Assembly (NCBI GenBank): GCA_963817745.1
Contig: CAWFPC010000008.1
Coordinates: forward strand, 67,009 to 131,008
Source: an uncultured Chloroflexia bacterium
Lineage (GTDB): Bacteria; Chloroflexota; Limnocylindria; Limnocylindrales; CSP1-4
Direction: 5' to 3'
DNA: 64,000 bases
Shown: in pieces, positions 10,330 to 19,870 of the stretch
Layout of the letters: the number at the start of each line of letters is the position of its first letter
Position numbering within the stretch: the first letter of the stretch is position 1
Made by a program: the position numbers and the translations under genes
Notes under the pieces: generated by a model
Databases searched by the model: none
What the model was told of the DNA's origin: nothing
The model's input: only the letters and a program-made list of their open reading frames with translations

Positions 10330-10842
10330 CGGGACTGGGGATCCTCTCCATCCGGCCTCGGGGACGGTCGCATCCGTCTTCCCCTAAAGGCACGCAAACG
10401 CGCCGGCACCCCACGGGGCGCATGGCGCGTCGTCGTCCGGCGGATGATATGCCCGGCCCCGAAGGGGTGTCAAACGCCACGGACCGGCGCGCGAGACCCG
10501 TCGGCGCTCGTGCGCGCGCGAGTGCGTGCTCGGCGAACGGCGTCGTCCGCCGGATCCGGGTCCTGGGAACCCATCGACCTGGGCGCTCGGGGGTCCGGGT
10601 CGCGACGTTCGGCGCTCGGGAGCTGGCGAGTTCGGATACCCCATGGGAGTATCGGAGAATCGCCTTGCGACGGCCCGAGCGGCGGTGCTATCCTCTCCGG
10701 GCCCTCGGCGCCGGGACGCCACGGGAGACCCGGTCACCTCGCGTTCGAGGGTCCCGGGACCGCAACGCCCGGATCGCCGGCATGGGTACCTCGAGACACT
10801 CGCGGACCCAGGTTCCCCGACCACGGACGTGGTCAGTCGCTA

Positions 10843-10852
10843 CCTATCCACG
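10843..10852 (+). promoter_or_regulatory. Putative DnaA box (CTATCCACG) in the dnaA promoter region
   Basis: 8/9 match to TTATCCACA, 30 bp upstream of the dnaA start. DnaA autoregulation is established knowledge. Confidence 0.3.
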
Positions 10853-10882
10853 ACCACCGTAGTTCAGGGTCCCATCGATCGA

Positions 10883-12277
10883 ATGGATGCCAAACAGGTC
10901 TGGCGAGCGGCTCTCGGTGAACTCCAGGTATCGCTGTCCCCGGCCAATTACGAGACCTGGCTGCGCGACACGCGACTGGTGGACGTGGAGGAGCATCGGT
11001 TCCGGATCGCCGTCCCCAACGGCTTCGCGAAGGACTGGCTCGAGACCCGCTATCGCTCGCTGATCAGCCAGACCCTCGCCAGGATCGTCGGCTACAGCGT
11101 CCAGGTCGAGTTCGTCGTCGCGGCCCCGGCGGGCGCCGGCGAGACACCGAGCGACGGCGCCGCCACCGTCGGGAGCCAGGCGCCGACCGCAGCCGCGCAA
11201 CCGAGCCAGCACGTCCGCGTGGAGCCGACCCGGGTCGGTGGTGAGGGTGGCGCGACAAACCTCAATCCGCGCTACACGTTCGCCAACTTCATCGTCGGTT
11301 CGGCCAACCGCCTGGCCCACGCGGCCAGCCTGTCCGTCGCCGAACGCCCGGGCCATGCCTACAACCCGCTGTTCCTGTACGGCGGGGTCGGCCTCGGCAA
11401 GACCCACCTGATGCACGCGATCGGCAACCAGGTGATGGCCCGCTTCCCGCGCAAGCGCGTCGTCTACGCGACGTCCGAGAAGTTCACCAACGAGTTCATC
11501 ACGAGCATCCAGCAGGGCAAGATCGACGAGTTCCGGTCCCGCTATCGGCGGATCGACCTCCTCCTCATCGATGACATCCAGTTCATCGCCGACAAGGAGC
11601 GGACGCAGGAAGAGTTCTTCCATACGTTCAATGCCATCCACGAGGACGGCAAGCAGATCGTGCTCTCGTCCGACCGTCCGCCCAAGGCGATCCTGACCCT
11701 CGAGGAGCGGCTGCGCAGTCGGTTCGAGTGGGGACTGATCGCCGACCTGACGGCACCTGATCTGGAGACGCGCATCGCGATCCTTCGGGCGAAAGCCGAG
11801 GAAGGCGCGGTCCCCATCACGTCGGACGTCATCGAGTTCATCGCGCGCAAGGTCGTGAGCAACATCCGCGAGCTCGAGGGCGCGCTCAACCGGATCGTCG
11901 CCTACGCCAGCATGGGCGCGATGCCCATCTCGATCGAGCTGGCCCAGGCCGTCCTCTCGAACGTCCTGTACAACCCCAAGAAGCGCCAGGTCACGCCCGA
12001 GCGGATCGCCCGCGCCGTGTCCGACTACTACAGCGTGCCGATGGACGCCCTGCAGGGCCAGAAGCGCGACAAGGCGATCGTGATGCCGCGCCAGATCGCC
12101 ATGTTCCTGATGCGCGAGGAGACCGACGTCTCGCTGTTGCGCATCGGCGCCGAGCTCGGCCATCGCGACCATTCGACGGTCCTGCACGCCTGCGACAAGA
12201 TCACCCGCGAGATCGCCGTCAATGACGAGCTGCGCCGGGAGATCGCCGCGGTCCGCGAGCTCATCTACGCCGACTGA
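10883..12277 (+). CDS. dnaA: Chromosomal replication initiator DnaA
   Basis: Full four-domain DnaA: N-terminus MDAKQVWRAALGELQ, AAA+ Walker A (GGVGLGKTHL), Walker B (LLIDDIQF), sensor motifs and the C-terminal DNA-binding domain (...RDHSTVLHACDKI...). The ATG at 10883 was chosen over the longer upstream ORF. Confidence 0.95.
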   Translation: MDAKQVWRAALGELQVSLSPANYETWLRDTRLVDVEEHRFRIAVPNGFAKDWLETRYRSLISQTLARIVGYSVQVEFVVAAPAGAGETPSDGAATVGSQAPTAAAQPSQHVRVEPTRVGGEGGATNLNPRYTFANFIVGSANRLAHAASLSVAERPGHAYNPLFLYGGVGLGKTHLMHAIGNQVMARFPRKRVVYATSEKFTNEFITSIQQGKIDEFRSRYRRIDLLLIDDIQFIADKERTQEEFFHTFNAIHEDGKQIVLSSDRPPKAILTLEERLRSRFEWGLIADLTAPDLETRIAILRAKAEEGAVPITSDVIEFIARKVVSNIRELEGALNRIVAYASMGAMPISIELAQAVLSNVLYNPKKRQVTPERIARAVSDYYSVPMDALQGQKRDKAIVMPRQIAMFLMREETDVSLLRIGAELGHRDHSTVLHACDKITREIAVNDELRREIAAVRELIYAD

Positions 12278-12734
12278 GCGCCGGCCCGCCACGGTCGGTC
12301 CGGGCACCCGTGCGACCCCGGGATTGTCGATAACCCCTGTCTGGCGGTGGACAACCGTCTCCCACTGTGGACATCTCGGCCGCGGCGCGTGGGCGAGCGG
12401 CCGGGTCGAGGTGGACGATCAGGGCCGATCCGGCGGTCGCCCGCGCCGGCGGGGTCCGCTGTCCACCGTGGGTCCCCGGGCGTGCCCCCGGATGGCGGCG
12501 TCCCGTCCACGGGGCACCCGTCATGGTCCACCGTCGATCGCCGCACGACCACGCACGACCATCCACGCGGTCCACACCATGATGACGGTGATGACGGAGT
12601 GAGAAGATAGAGAGAAGATACCCACGACCCGGTGGAGGCCCGGCCCGTGTCGCTTCGAACCCGCGACCAGCCCGTCTCGACCCCCGGTCGACCCCGCGAT
12701 CCCATCCGCAATCATTGTCTGGAGTGAACCCGAC
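12278..12734. other. Chromosomal replication origin (oriC) in the dnaA-dnaN intergenic region
   Basis: At least 7 DnaA-box-like 9-mers (GTGGACAAC, TGTGGACAT, GTGGACGAT, TGTCCACCG, GTCCACGGG, GTCCACCGT, GTCCACACC) lie in 12320-12580. Downstream is the lowest-GC stretch of the window (GAGTGAGAAGATAGAGAGAAGATACCC, ~12598-12626), a candidate DNA-unwinding element. Confidence 0.7.
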
Positions 12735-13853
12735 GTGAGACTCTCGGTCATGCAGGAGAACCTGGCGCGCGGCCTGTCCGTCGTCAGCCGCGCCGTGTCC
12801 AACCGGAGCACCCTGCCGGTCCTGGCGAACGTCCTGCTCAAGACCGAGGATGCCGGTCTCAAGCTCACCGCGACCAATCTCGAGATCGGGATCACCTACT
12901 GGGTCCCGGGCAAGATCGACGAGGATGGGGCGACCACGGTCCCGGCCAAGCTCCTGACCGACCTGGTCAACTCGCTCCCGGCCGGCGACAAGGTCGAGCT
13001 CGAGGTGACGGCTGGCGACACGCTGCACGTCAAGGCCGGCCGGTTCCAGACACACATCAAGGGCATCGACGCCGAAGAGTTCCCGGCGATCCAGACGGCG
13101 GGCGACCGGCCCACCACGCGGATCGCGCAGAACGTCCTCCGACGCGCCCTCGCCGAGACGGCCTTCGCGGCTGCCAGCGACGAGGCGCGACCCATCCTCA
13201 CCGGGGTCCTGGCCCGATTCGAGGGCGACCAGCTCACACTCGCCGCCGCCGACAACTACCGGATCGCGGTCAAGACCCTGCCGATCCTGGATCCCGTGCC
13301 CGAGACGAGCGTCGTCATCCCGGCCCGGGCGCTGACCGAGCTCGGTCGGGTGCTCGCCGACGTCGACGACCCGGTCGAGGTGGTCCTCGCCGCCGGTCGC
13401 AACCAGGTGCTGTTCCACCTCGACGGGATCGATCTCGTGAGCCGTCTCATCGACGGCCAGTTCCCGAACTACCAGCAGGTCATGCCGCAGGCCCATGCGA
13501 CACGCGCGGTGCTCGATCGCGAGGAGTTGCTGCGCGCCGTCCGCCCGGCGGCGCTCATCGCCCATGAATCGGCCAACATCGTGAAGCTCCAGATCGGCGG
13601 GGACGGCGAGAACGGGATCACGGTGAGTGCGAACGCGGAGGTCGGCGACCATGTCGGCCAGGTCGAGGCGGCGGTCGAAGGCGACGGAACGACGATCGCG
13701 TTCAACGCGCGCTACCTCGCCGACGTGCTGACCAACGTGACGGCCGACCAGTTCGCCCTGGAGCTCAACGGGCCGCTCTCACCCGGCGTCTTCAAGCCGA
13801 TCGGCGATGACCACTATGTGCACGTCGTCATGCCGGTCCGGACGACCTCGTAG
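12735..13853 (+). CDS. dnaN: DNA polymerase III beta sliding clamp
   Basis: Three-domain clamp, 372 aa, MQENLARGLSVVSRAVS...LPVLANVLL... The start may be the ATG 15 nt inside the GTG-initiated ORF. Confidence 0.95.
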   Translation: MRLSVMQENLARGLSVVSRAVSNRSTLPVLANVLLKTEDAGLKLTATNLEIGITYWVPGKIDEDGATTVPAKLLTDLVNSLPAGDKVELEVTAGDTLHVKAGRFQTHIKGIDAEEFPAIQTAGDRPTTRIAQNVLRRALAETAFAAASDEARPILTGVLARFEGDQLTLAAADNYRIAVKTLPILDPVPETSVVIPARALTELGRVLADVDDPVEVVLAAGRNQVLFHLDGIDLVSRLIDGQFPNYQQVMPQAHATRAVLDREELLRAVRPAALIAHESANIVKLQIGGDGENGITVSANAEVGDHVGQVEAAVEGDGTTIAFNARYLADVLTNVTADQFALELNGPLSPGVFKPIGDDHYVHVVMPVRTTS

Positions 13854-13945
13854 ATCGTCGGATCCTCGGGCCGATGGGGTCGCGGAGCTCCCCCTCGGAC
13901 CTCGGAGCGCGAGCGGCAGCTCACTGTTGAGGGTGCCGGTACCAC

Positions 13946-15083
13946 GTGCTTGATTCGATCTCGGCGCACGGACCTGCGCGGCTACGTGACGCTGGAGGCG
14001 ACGTTCGCGCCCGGGCCGCACCTCGTGTGGGGACCGAACGCCGCGGGCAAGACGAGCCTGCTCGAGGCGATCGCCCTGCTCGGCTGGGGGCGCTCGCACC
14101 GGACGTCGGCCGACGGGGAGCTGATCCGCTGGGGCCAGCCCGTCGGGCGGGTCGAGGGCCACGTCGGTGGCGAGGTGCTGGAGGTCGCGATCACGCGCTC
14201 CGGGGCCGACGGCAGCGGCGGGCGCAAACGGATCCGGATGAACGGCGTCGGCCGGCGCTCGAGCGTGCTGGGACGGACGCTGCGGGTCGTGCTGTTCGCG
14301 CCCGAGGAGATGCTGCTCGTCATCGGCTCGCCGTCGCTGCGGCGGACCGCGATCGACAGCCTGGCGGCCGCGCGTTCGCCGGCCTACGCAGACGATCTCG
14401 CCACGTACGGGCGGACGCTCCAGCAGCGCAACAGCCTGCTGCGCGCCATCCGCGAGGAGACGGCGACCCGCGACCAGCTCCGGTTCTGGGACGGCTCGTT
14501 CCTCGAGACCGGCGGACGGATCGTCGAGGCCCGGCTCGCCCTGCTCGACGCGATCGCCGAGCCGCTCGCCGCGGCGCATCGCGAGATCGCCCCGGACGAG
14601 GCCGCCGACGGTCTCACGCTCCGCTACGTGACCAACGCCCCGACGCTGGCCGGCGAGACGCCGCGTGAGGCCCTGGCGCGTCGGCTCGTCGAGACGGCCG
14701 ACAAGGAGGTCTGGAACGGGGCCACGCTCGTCGGGCCGCATCGTGACGACATCGCGTTCGAGCTCGGTGGTCGCGAGCTCGCCGGGTTCGCGTCGCGCGG
14801 CCAGCAACGGACGGCGATCCTCGCCTTCAAGCTCGCCGAGCTCGACCTGCTCACCGCCCTCGACGGCCGCGCCCCGTTGCTCCTGCTCGACGACGTCTTC
14901 AGCGAGCTCGACCCGGACCGGCGGGCCCACCTCGTGCGACGGATCGCGGCGCTGCCACAGGCGTTCGTCACGACGACCACCCTCGACGACCTCGACCCGG
15001 GCCTGCGGGCCATCGCGACGACCTGGGAGGTCCGTGCCGAGCCCGATGGCGCGACCCTCACCCGCGGACCGGGACCCGCATGA
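13946..15083 (+). CDS. recF: DNA replication and repair protein RecF; probable single-base indel in the first ~10 codons
   Basis: Walker A (GPNAAGKTSLLEAI), SMC-like signature and D-loop (LLLLDDVFSELD). The N-terminus reads VLDSIS... in one frame and ...TDLRGYVTLEATF in the next, consistent with an M-x-L-x-L-TDFR-type RecF start. Confidence 0.85.
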
Positions 15084-15100
15084 CCAGCCGGCGCCGCCCG

Positions 15101-15400
15101 ATGACGCGTGTCGGCGACCTCATCCCCGATGCCGCCCGCGCAGCTGGGCCTGGAGGACGAGCTGCGGCTGGCCCGCGCGATCGCGACGTTCGAGCGGCTC
15201 GTCGGGGAGCGCGTGCCCGCCGCGGCAGGGTCGTGCCGCGTCATCCGGCTCGAGGGGTTCGCGATCGATGTCGAGGCCGATGCGCCGATCGTCGCCCAGG
15301 AGCTGCGCCTGCGGGCGCCCGAGCTCCTGACGGCCTTCGCGAGCGCGCCGGGGGGCATCGGCGTGCGCGGAACTGCGTGTCCACGTCCGCCGCGCAGGTC
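15101..15400 (+). CDS. DUF721-family protein (RecF-associated, Zn-ribbon/RNA-binding-like); frameshifted, ends approximate
   Basis: MTRVGDLIPDAARA... followed in the adjacent frame by LGLEDELRLARAIATFERLVGERVP...RLEGFAIDVEADAPIVAQELRLRAPELL, typical of DUF721 downstream of recF. Confidence 0.45.
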
Positions 15401-15501
15401 CCCGCGTATAATCCCCGACACCTGCCAGCCATCTCGGGGCGAGTGTCCGCCGATCCGGCTTGGATCGTCCCGTCGCCCGTCCATATCTACGAGACGCCCG
15501 C

Positions 15502-17769
15502 ATGGCCGCCCGACTCCAGTTGAAGCTCGGTCTCGTCGCCGAGCATGACCGCCTCCCCGACTCGCCCGACACGCTCGTCGTCGTCGAGCCGAGCGTGGGT
15601 TCGGTCGCGCGCTCCAAGGGGCACCTCTACCTGCTCGTGACCTCGCGGGTGAGCTCGCGCCACGCGCTCGAGGCGACGCGCCTCGCCGCCGAGACCATCC
15701 GCAACGAGTACTACTACGACGAGTCCGCCGGGATCCGGGTCTGCCTCCAGAAGGCGATCGCCACGGCCAACAAGCGACTGATCCACCAGGCCGACCGGCT
15801 CGGACTGCGCTCGCCCGAGGGCAACGGCCCGATCGGCGTCGGCGTCGCGGTCGTCCGCGGCAACGAGATGTACGTCGCCACGGTCGGCCCTGCCGAGGCG
15901 TACCTGATCCGCCAGGCGCGCCTCTCGACACTGCCGGACCCGCATCGCGAACGCGGCCTGCCGTCGAGCGGCCTGGAACCCGACGTCTGGCGTGGCGAGA
16001 TCTCGGTCGGCGACTCGCTCGTGCTCGTCTCGCCCGAACATGGTCGCGCGGCTCGGGGCGGACGAGCTCAAGGACGCGATGCTCACGCTCCACCCGCAGT
16101 CCGCGATGGAGCACCTCCACCAGCGGTTCGTGGCGGCCGACGGCTCCGGGTCGCGACGGCGCGATCGCGTTCGAGGCGACCGAGGTCGCGCCGACCACGC
16201 GGGCACGGACCCTCGTCCCGGTCCGCCCGTCAGAGCCGCTTGCCGGTGCGCCGGACCGCTCGCCGATCCCGCTGGCCGACAACGTGCAGGCAGGCGCCGC
16301 CGCGCATGACCGCCGCCGCCGGCAACGCCCGGGAGGCCGCCGGCGGGGCGCTGGAACGGGTCGTGGGCCGCGTCCAGGAGCTGATGCCCCGGCGCAAGCC
16401 GGCCTACCGCCGGGTGACGCCGCTGGCGTCCCGGCGCGAGACGCAGCGCCGGGCGGCGGTCGCCGCACTCGCGCTCATCACCGTGGTCGGCGGGCTGGGT
16501 CTCGCGGTCTACGCCTTCGGCGGTACCGACCAGGAGGGCGCGATCGGGTCGGTCAACGCCGGCCAGGCCGCGCTCGACAAGGCGCGCGCCAACCTGGCCG
16601 AGGTGTCGGGCCCCGGGATCGACCTCATCGAGGACGACCCGAACGAAGCCAGGAACCTGCTGACCGAGGCATACGAGGAGCTCGAGAAGGCCGAGACCGC
16701 CAAGGTCAGTGCGCGGGTCGTCGATCCGTTGCGGGCCAAGGTCATCGACGGGCTGGACCAGCTGGCCGGCGTGGTGCCCATCACCTCCGCCGAGCTGTTC
16801 GCCTTCACCCCGGAGGAGGGCGCCGAGCCGTTCGACCTGCACGCCCTGGTCCGCGGGCCTGACGGCGCCCCATACGTCATCGATGGCACGACCAAGACCG
16901 TCTACCGGGTGGACCTCAAGCGCAAGAAGGCGACGGCCGTGTTGCGCGCGGGCCGCGAGGTCGGCGACACGAAGGTCGCGGAGCCGCGCTTCCTCGCCGT
17001 CGGCGGACGCGACCTGCTCATCCTCGATGCGAAGAACGTGTTGTGGCGCTGGCGCCCGTCCAACGACGCGGGCAAGGGCACGCTCGGCAAGGTCAGCGTC
17101 AACGGATCGCGCGGCTGGGGCGACGACATCGCCGCCATCGGGACGTTCCTGCGAGACGTCGATCGCGGGCTCTACAACCTCTACGTCGTCGACCCCTCGG
17201 AGCAGCAGATCCGGGCGTACTCCCCGGCCGCGGATGGCGGCGGCTTCCCGGCCGCGGCGACCGGCTGGCTGGCCACCGCCCGTGCCGTCGACCAGATGAA
17301 GTCGCTCTACATCGATGGCGACATCTTCATCGCCGAGGGCGGTCTCCTCGAGCGGTTCACCCGCGGCAAGAACGACGGCTGGGACGCCGGGCTGCCCGAC
17401 GACGTCCTCCTGCGCCCGGCGCCGGTGTTCAGCCTGCTGACGGGCTGGGGCGGGCAGCGCGAGGGCATCGTGTACGGCTACGACAAGCCGAACGAACGGG
17501 TCGTCGCCGTCGACAAGGCCAACGCCGAGTACGTCGCCCAGTATCGCCTCGACAGCCCGGCCTCCGAGGACGGCCCGAGCTGGGACGACCTGCGCGGGAT
17601 GTACGTCGTCCCCGGCGTCGACGAGGCGCCCCCGACCGTCTTCTGGGTGTCGCCGACGGGGCTGCACGAGGCGACGCTCGGGTCGCTCGAGACACCCGAC
17701 GCGAGCGGCGCCCCATCGGGCGACCCGGACGCGAGCGCGGAAGCCTCGGCCGAGCCGACGACGCCGTAG
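15502..17769 (+). CDS. PstP-like Ser/Thr phosphatase: cytoplasmic PP2C domain, one TM helix, large extracytoplasmic domain; at least 2 frame changes (~16030, ~16290)
   Basis: PP2C-like region GHLYLLVTSRV...GVGVAVVRGNEMYVATVGPAEAYLIR with its end (LVLVSP..MVARLGADELKDAMLTLHPQ) in the adjacent frame. Then a TM helix (AAVAALALITVVGGLGLAVYAF) and a ~430-aa extracellular domain. Confidence 0.6.
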   Translation: MAARLQLKLGLVAEHDRLPDSPDTLVVVEPSVGSVARSKGHLYLLVTSRVSSRHALEATRLAAETIRNEYYYDESAGIRVCLQKAIATANKRLIHQADRLGLRSPEGNGPIGVGVAVVRGNEMYVATVGPAEAYLIRQARLSTLPDPHRERGLPSSGLEPDVWRGEISVGDSLVLVSPEHGRAARGGRAQGRDAHAPPAVRDGAPPPAVRGGRRLRVATARSRSRRPRSRRPRGHGPSSRSARQSRLPVRRTARRSRWPTTCRQAPPRMTAAAGNAREAAGGALERVVGRVQELMPRRKPAYRRVTPLASRRETQRRAAVAALALITVVGGLGLAVYAFGGTDQEGAIGSVNAGQAALDKARANLAEVSGPGIDLIEDDPNEARNLLTEAYEELEKAETAKVSARVVDPLRAKVIDGLDQLAGVVPITSAELFAFTPEEGAEPFDLHALVRGPDGAPYVIDGTTKTVYRVDLKRKKATAVLRAGREVGDTKVAEPRFLAVGGRDLLILDAKNVLWRWRPSNDAGKGTLGKVSVNGSRGWGDDIAAIGTFLRDVDRGLYNLYVVDPSEQQIRAYSPAADGGGFPAAATGWLATARAVDQMKSLYIDGDIFIAEGGLLERFTRGKNDGWDAGLPDDVLLRPAPVFSLLTGWGGQREGIVYGYDKPNERVVAVDKANAEYVAQYRLDSPASEDGPSWDDLRGMYVVPGVDEAPPTVFWVSPTGLHEATLGSLETPDASGAPSGDPDASAEASAEPTTP

Positions 17770-17783
17770 CCTGGCGGGGCGCC

Positions 17784-18527
17784 ATGATCCCGCTGCGCGA
17801 CGCCAACCCGACGCGGCGCCAGCCGTTCGTGACGATCGGGCTCATCCTGACCAGCTTCGTGGTCTTCGCGTGGGAGCTCGGGCTGCTGGCGAGCGGCGGA
17901 TCCGCGGCCCTTGACGCCTTCATCACGACCTACGGCGTCGTGCCCGCGGAGCTGACGGCCGCGTGGGCCGCCGGGGACGTGGCGTCGTTCGAGACGGTGA
18001 CCCTGATCACGAGCCAGTTCCTGCATGGCGGCTGGCTGCACGTCCTGGGCAACCTGCTGTTCCTGTGGATCTTCGCCAACAACATCGAGGACCGACTGGG
18101 GCGGGTCGCGTTCCTCGGCTTCTACCTCGCGGGCGGCGTGGTGGCCGGGCTGGCCCAGGTGTGGATCGATCCGACATCGACCGTCCCCACGATCGGGGCA
18201 TCGGGCGCGATCGCCGCCACCCTCGGCGCGTACCTCGTCCTGTTCCCGCGAGCCCGCATCACCTCGCTCGTGTTCCTCGGGTTCTTCTACCAGCTCATCG
18301 ACGTGCCGGCCGTCATCGTCCTCGCCTTCTGGTTCGTGCTCCAGCTCATCGACGGGATCGCCACGATCGGGGCGACCGAGATGGGCGGCGGGATCGCCTT
18401 CTTCGCCCATATCGGCGGGTTCGTGTTCGGGGCGGTGGTCGCCGGCATCATCCGCTGGTGGTCCGGCCGGTCGCGGGGCGGGCGGATGACCGCGGGCGAG
18501 CCGGCCGAGCCGGCGGCCGTGGGATAA
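17784..18527 (+). CDS. Rhomboid-family intramembrane serine protease
   Basis: Six TM helices, GASGAI motif (catalytic Ser) and a FAHIGGF-type catalytic His motif. Confidence 0.85.
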   Translation: MIPLRDANPTRRQPFVTIGLILTSFVVFAWELGLLASGGSAALDAFITTYGVVPAELTAAWAAGDVASFETVTLITSQFLHGGWLHVLGNLLFLWIFANNIEDRLGRVAFLGFYLAGGVVAGLAQVWIDPTSTVPTIGASGAIAATLGAYLVLFPRARITSLVFLGFFYQLIDVPAVIVLAFWFVLQLIDGIATIGATEMGGGIAFFAHIGGFVFGAVVAGIIRWWSGRSRGGRMTAGEPAEPAAVG

Positions 18528-18534
18528 TCACGCC

Positions 18535-19089
18535 ATGGACGACGGACTGATCGAGATGGTCGTCGAGAGCGTTCGGGTCCACATGCTCTCCAGCCGCCAC
18601 GTCGTCATCCTCAAGGAGACCGGTCGCGAGCGGTATCTGCCGATCTGGATCGGGCAATGGGAGGCGAGCTCGATCGCGATGCGCCTCCAGGGACTGACGC
18701 CCGAGCGCCCCCTCACCCACGACCTGTTCGCGAGTGCGCTCGAGGCGCTCGACGCCCGGGTCGCCCGGGTCGTGATCTCCGAGCTCGCCGACGAGACGTT
18801 CCACGCGCGGCTGTTCGTCGAGCGTGACGGCCACACCGGGGAGGTCGACGCGCGCCCGTCCGATGCGCTCGCGCTGGCGGTTCGGGTCGGGGCGCCCATC
18901 TTCGCCTCGGAAGCCGTGCTCGAGCAGGCGGGCCTGGGCGCTGACGGCGGCCTTGGCGAGGACGGCGAGGAGACCGGTGGCTATCTCGAGACCACGGGCG
19001 AGCAGATCGTCGACGAGCGACTCGATGTCTTCCGCGAGTTCGTGAACTCGCTCGACGTGGATCCGGACGCCGACAGCCGGACGGGCTAG
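18535..19089 (+). CDS. Bifunctional nuclease family protein (BFN / DUF151)
   Basis: MVVESVRVHMLSSRHVVILKETGRERYLPIWIGQWEASSIAMRLQG...RPLTHDL...DARPSDALALAVRVGAPIF is the DUF151 signature. Confidence 0.75.
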   Translation: MDDGLIEMVVESVRVHMLSSRHVVILKETGRERYLPIWIGQWEASSIAMRLQGLTPERPLTHDLFASALEALDARVARVVISELADETFHARLFVERDGHTGEVDARPSDALALAVRVGAPIFASEAVLEQAGLGADGGLGEDGEETGGYLETTGEQIVDERLDVFREFVNSLDVDPDADSRTG

Positions 19090-19870
19090 CCCTCGAGCGT
19101 CTCGCCGAGGATCGGCCCGCCGCGCCGCAGCGCCCGGCCGCGGTTCACCCACATCCGCAGCCGAAGCCACCAGAAGTCGCGCACCGCGCGCAGGATCACG
19201 GTCGGTTTCGCACCCGTCGGCGATCCGGCGGTCCGCGGGTAATGCGGGACTCCGACCTCGACCACCGAGGCGCCGGCCGCCCGCAGCTTGATGAGCAGCT
19301 CGGCGGAGAAGAACGCGCCGCCCGATTCGACGTGCAAGGCCCTCGAGCGCCTCGCGCCGGAAGAGCTTGCACGCGCAGTCGACGTCCGTGACGCGGAGGC
19401 CGAAGAAGATGCGGTTCGCCAGCCGGTAGGCGCGGGCGTAGATCGTCCGGATGAGCGGGTCGGCGCGCTTGATCCGGAAGCCGGCGACGACGTCGGGCCG
19501 GTCTGTCGGCGGCGAGACGCGCCGTCAGCCGGCCGAGGTCCGCGACCTTGAACTGGCGATCCCCATCCGTGAACGCGACGAGGTCGAAGCGTGCGGCCCC
19601 GAACCCCGAGCGCAGGGCCGCGCCGTACCCGAGGTTGGTCGGATGATGGACCGCTCGCACGATGCCCGGATGCCGTGCGGTCAGCTCGTCCGCGATGGCC
19701 TGGGTCCGGTCGCGCGACCCGTCGTTGACCGCGATGATCTCGAACGTGTCGGCGAGCGCCGGCAGCGCCGCGAGCGCCTCCTCCACCAGCCCTTCGAGGT
19801 TGGCCTCCTCGTTGTGCGCCGGAAAGAAATACGACAGGCGCGGGACCCGGGCAGTCGTCGGCTCGGTCAC
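19086..19870 (-). CDS. GT2-family polyprenol-phosphate mannose synthase-like glycosyltransferase (Ppm1/Dpm1-like); 2 frame changes
   Basis: N-terminal GT-A fold LSYFFPAHNEEANLEGLV...IIAVNDGSRDRT...DLVAFTDGDRQF. C-terminus (...GGAFFSAELLIKLRAAGASVVEVGVPHYPRTAGSPTGAK...) is in a second frame. Confidence 0.7.
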
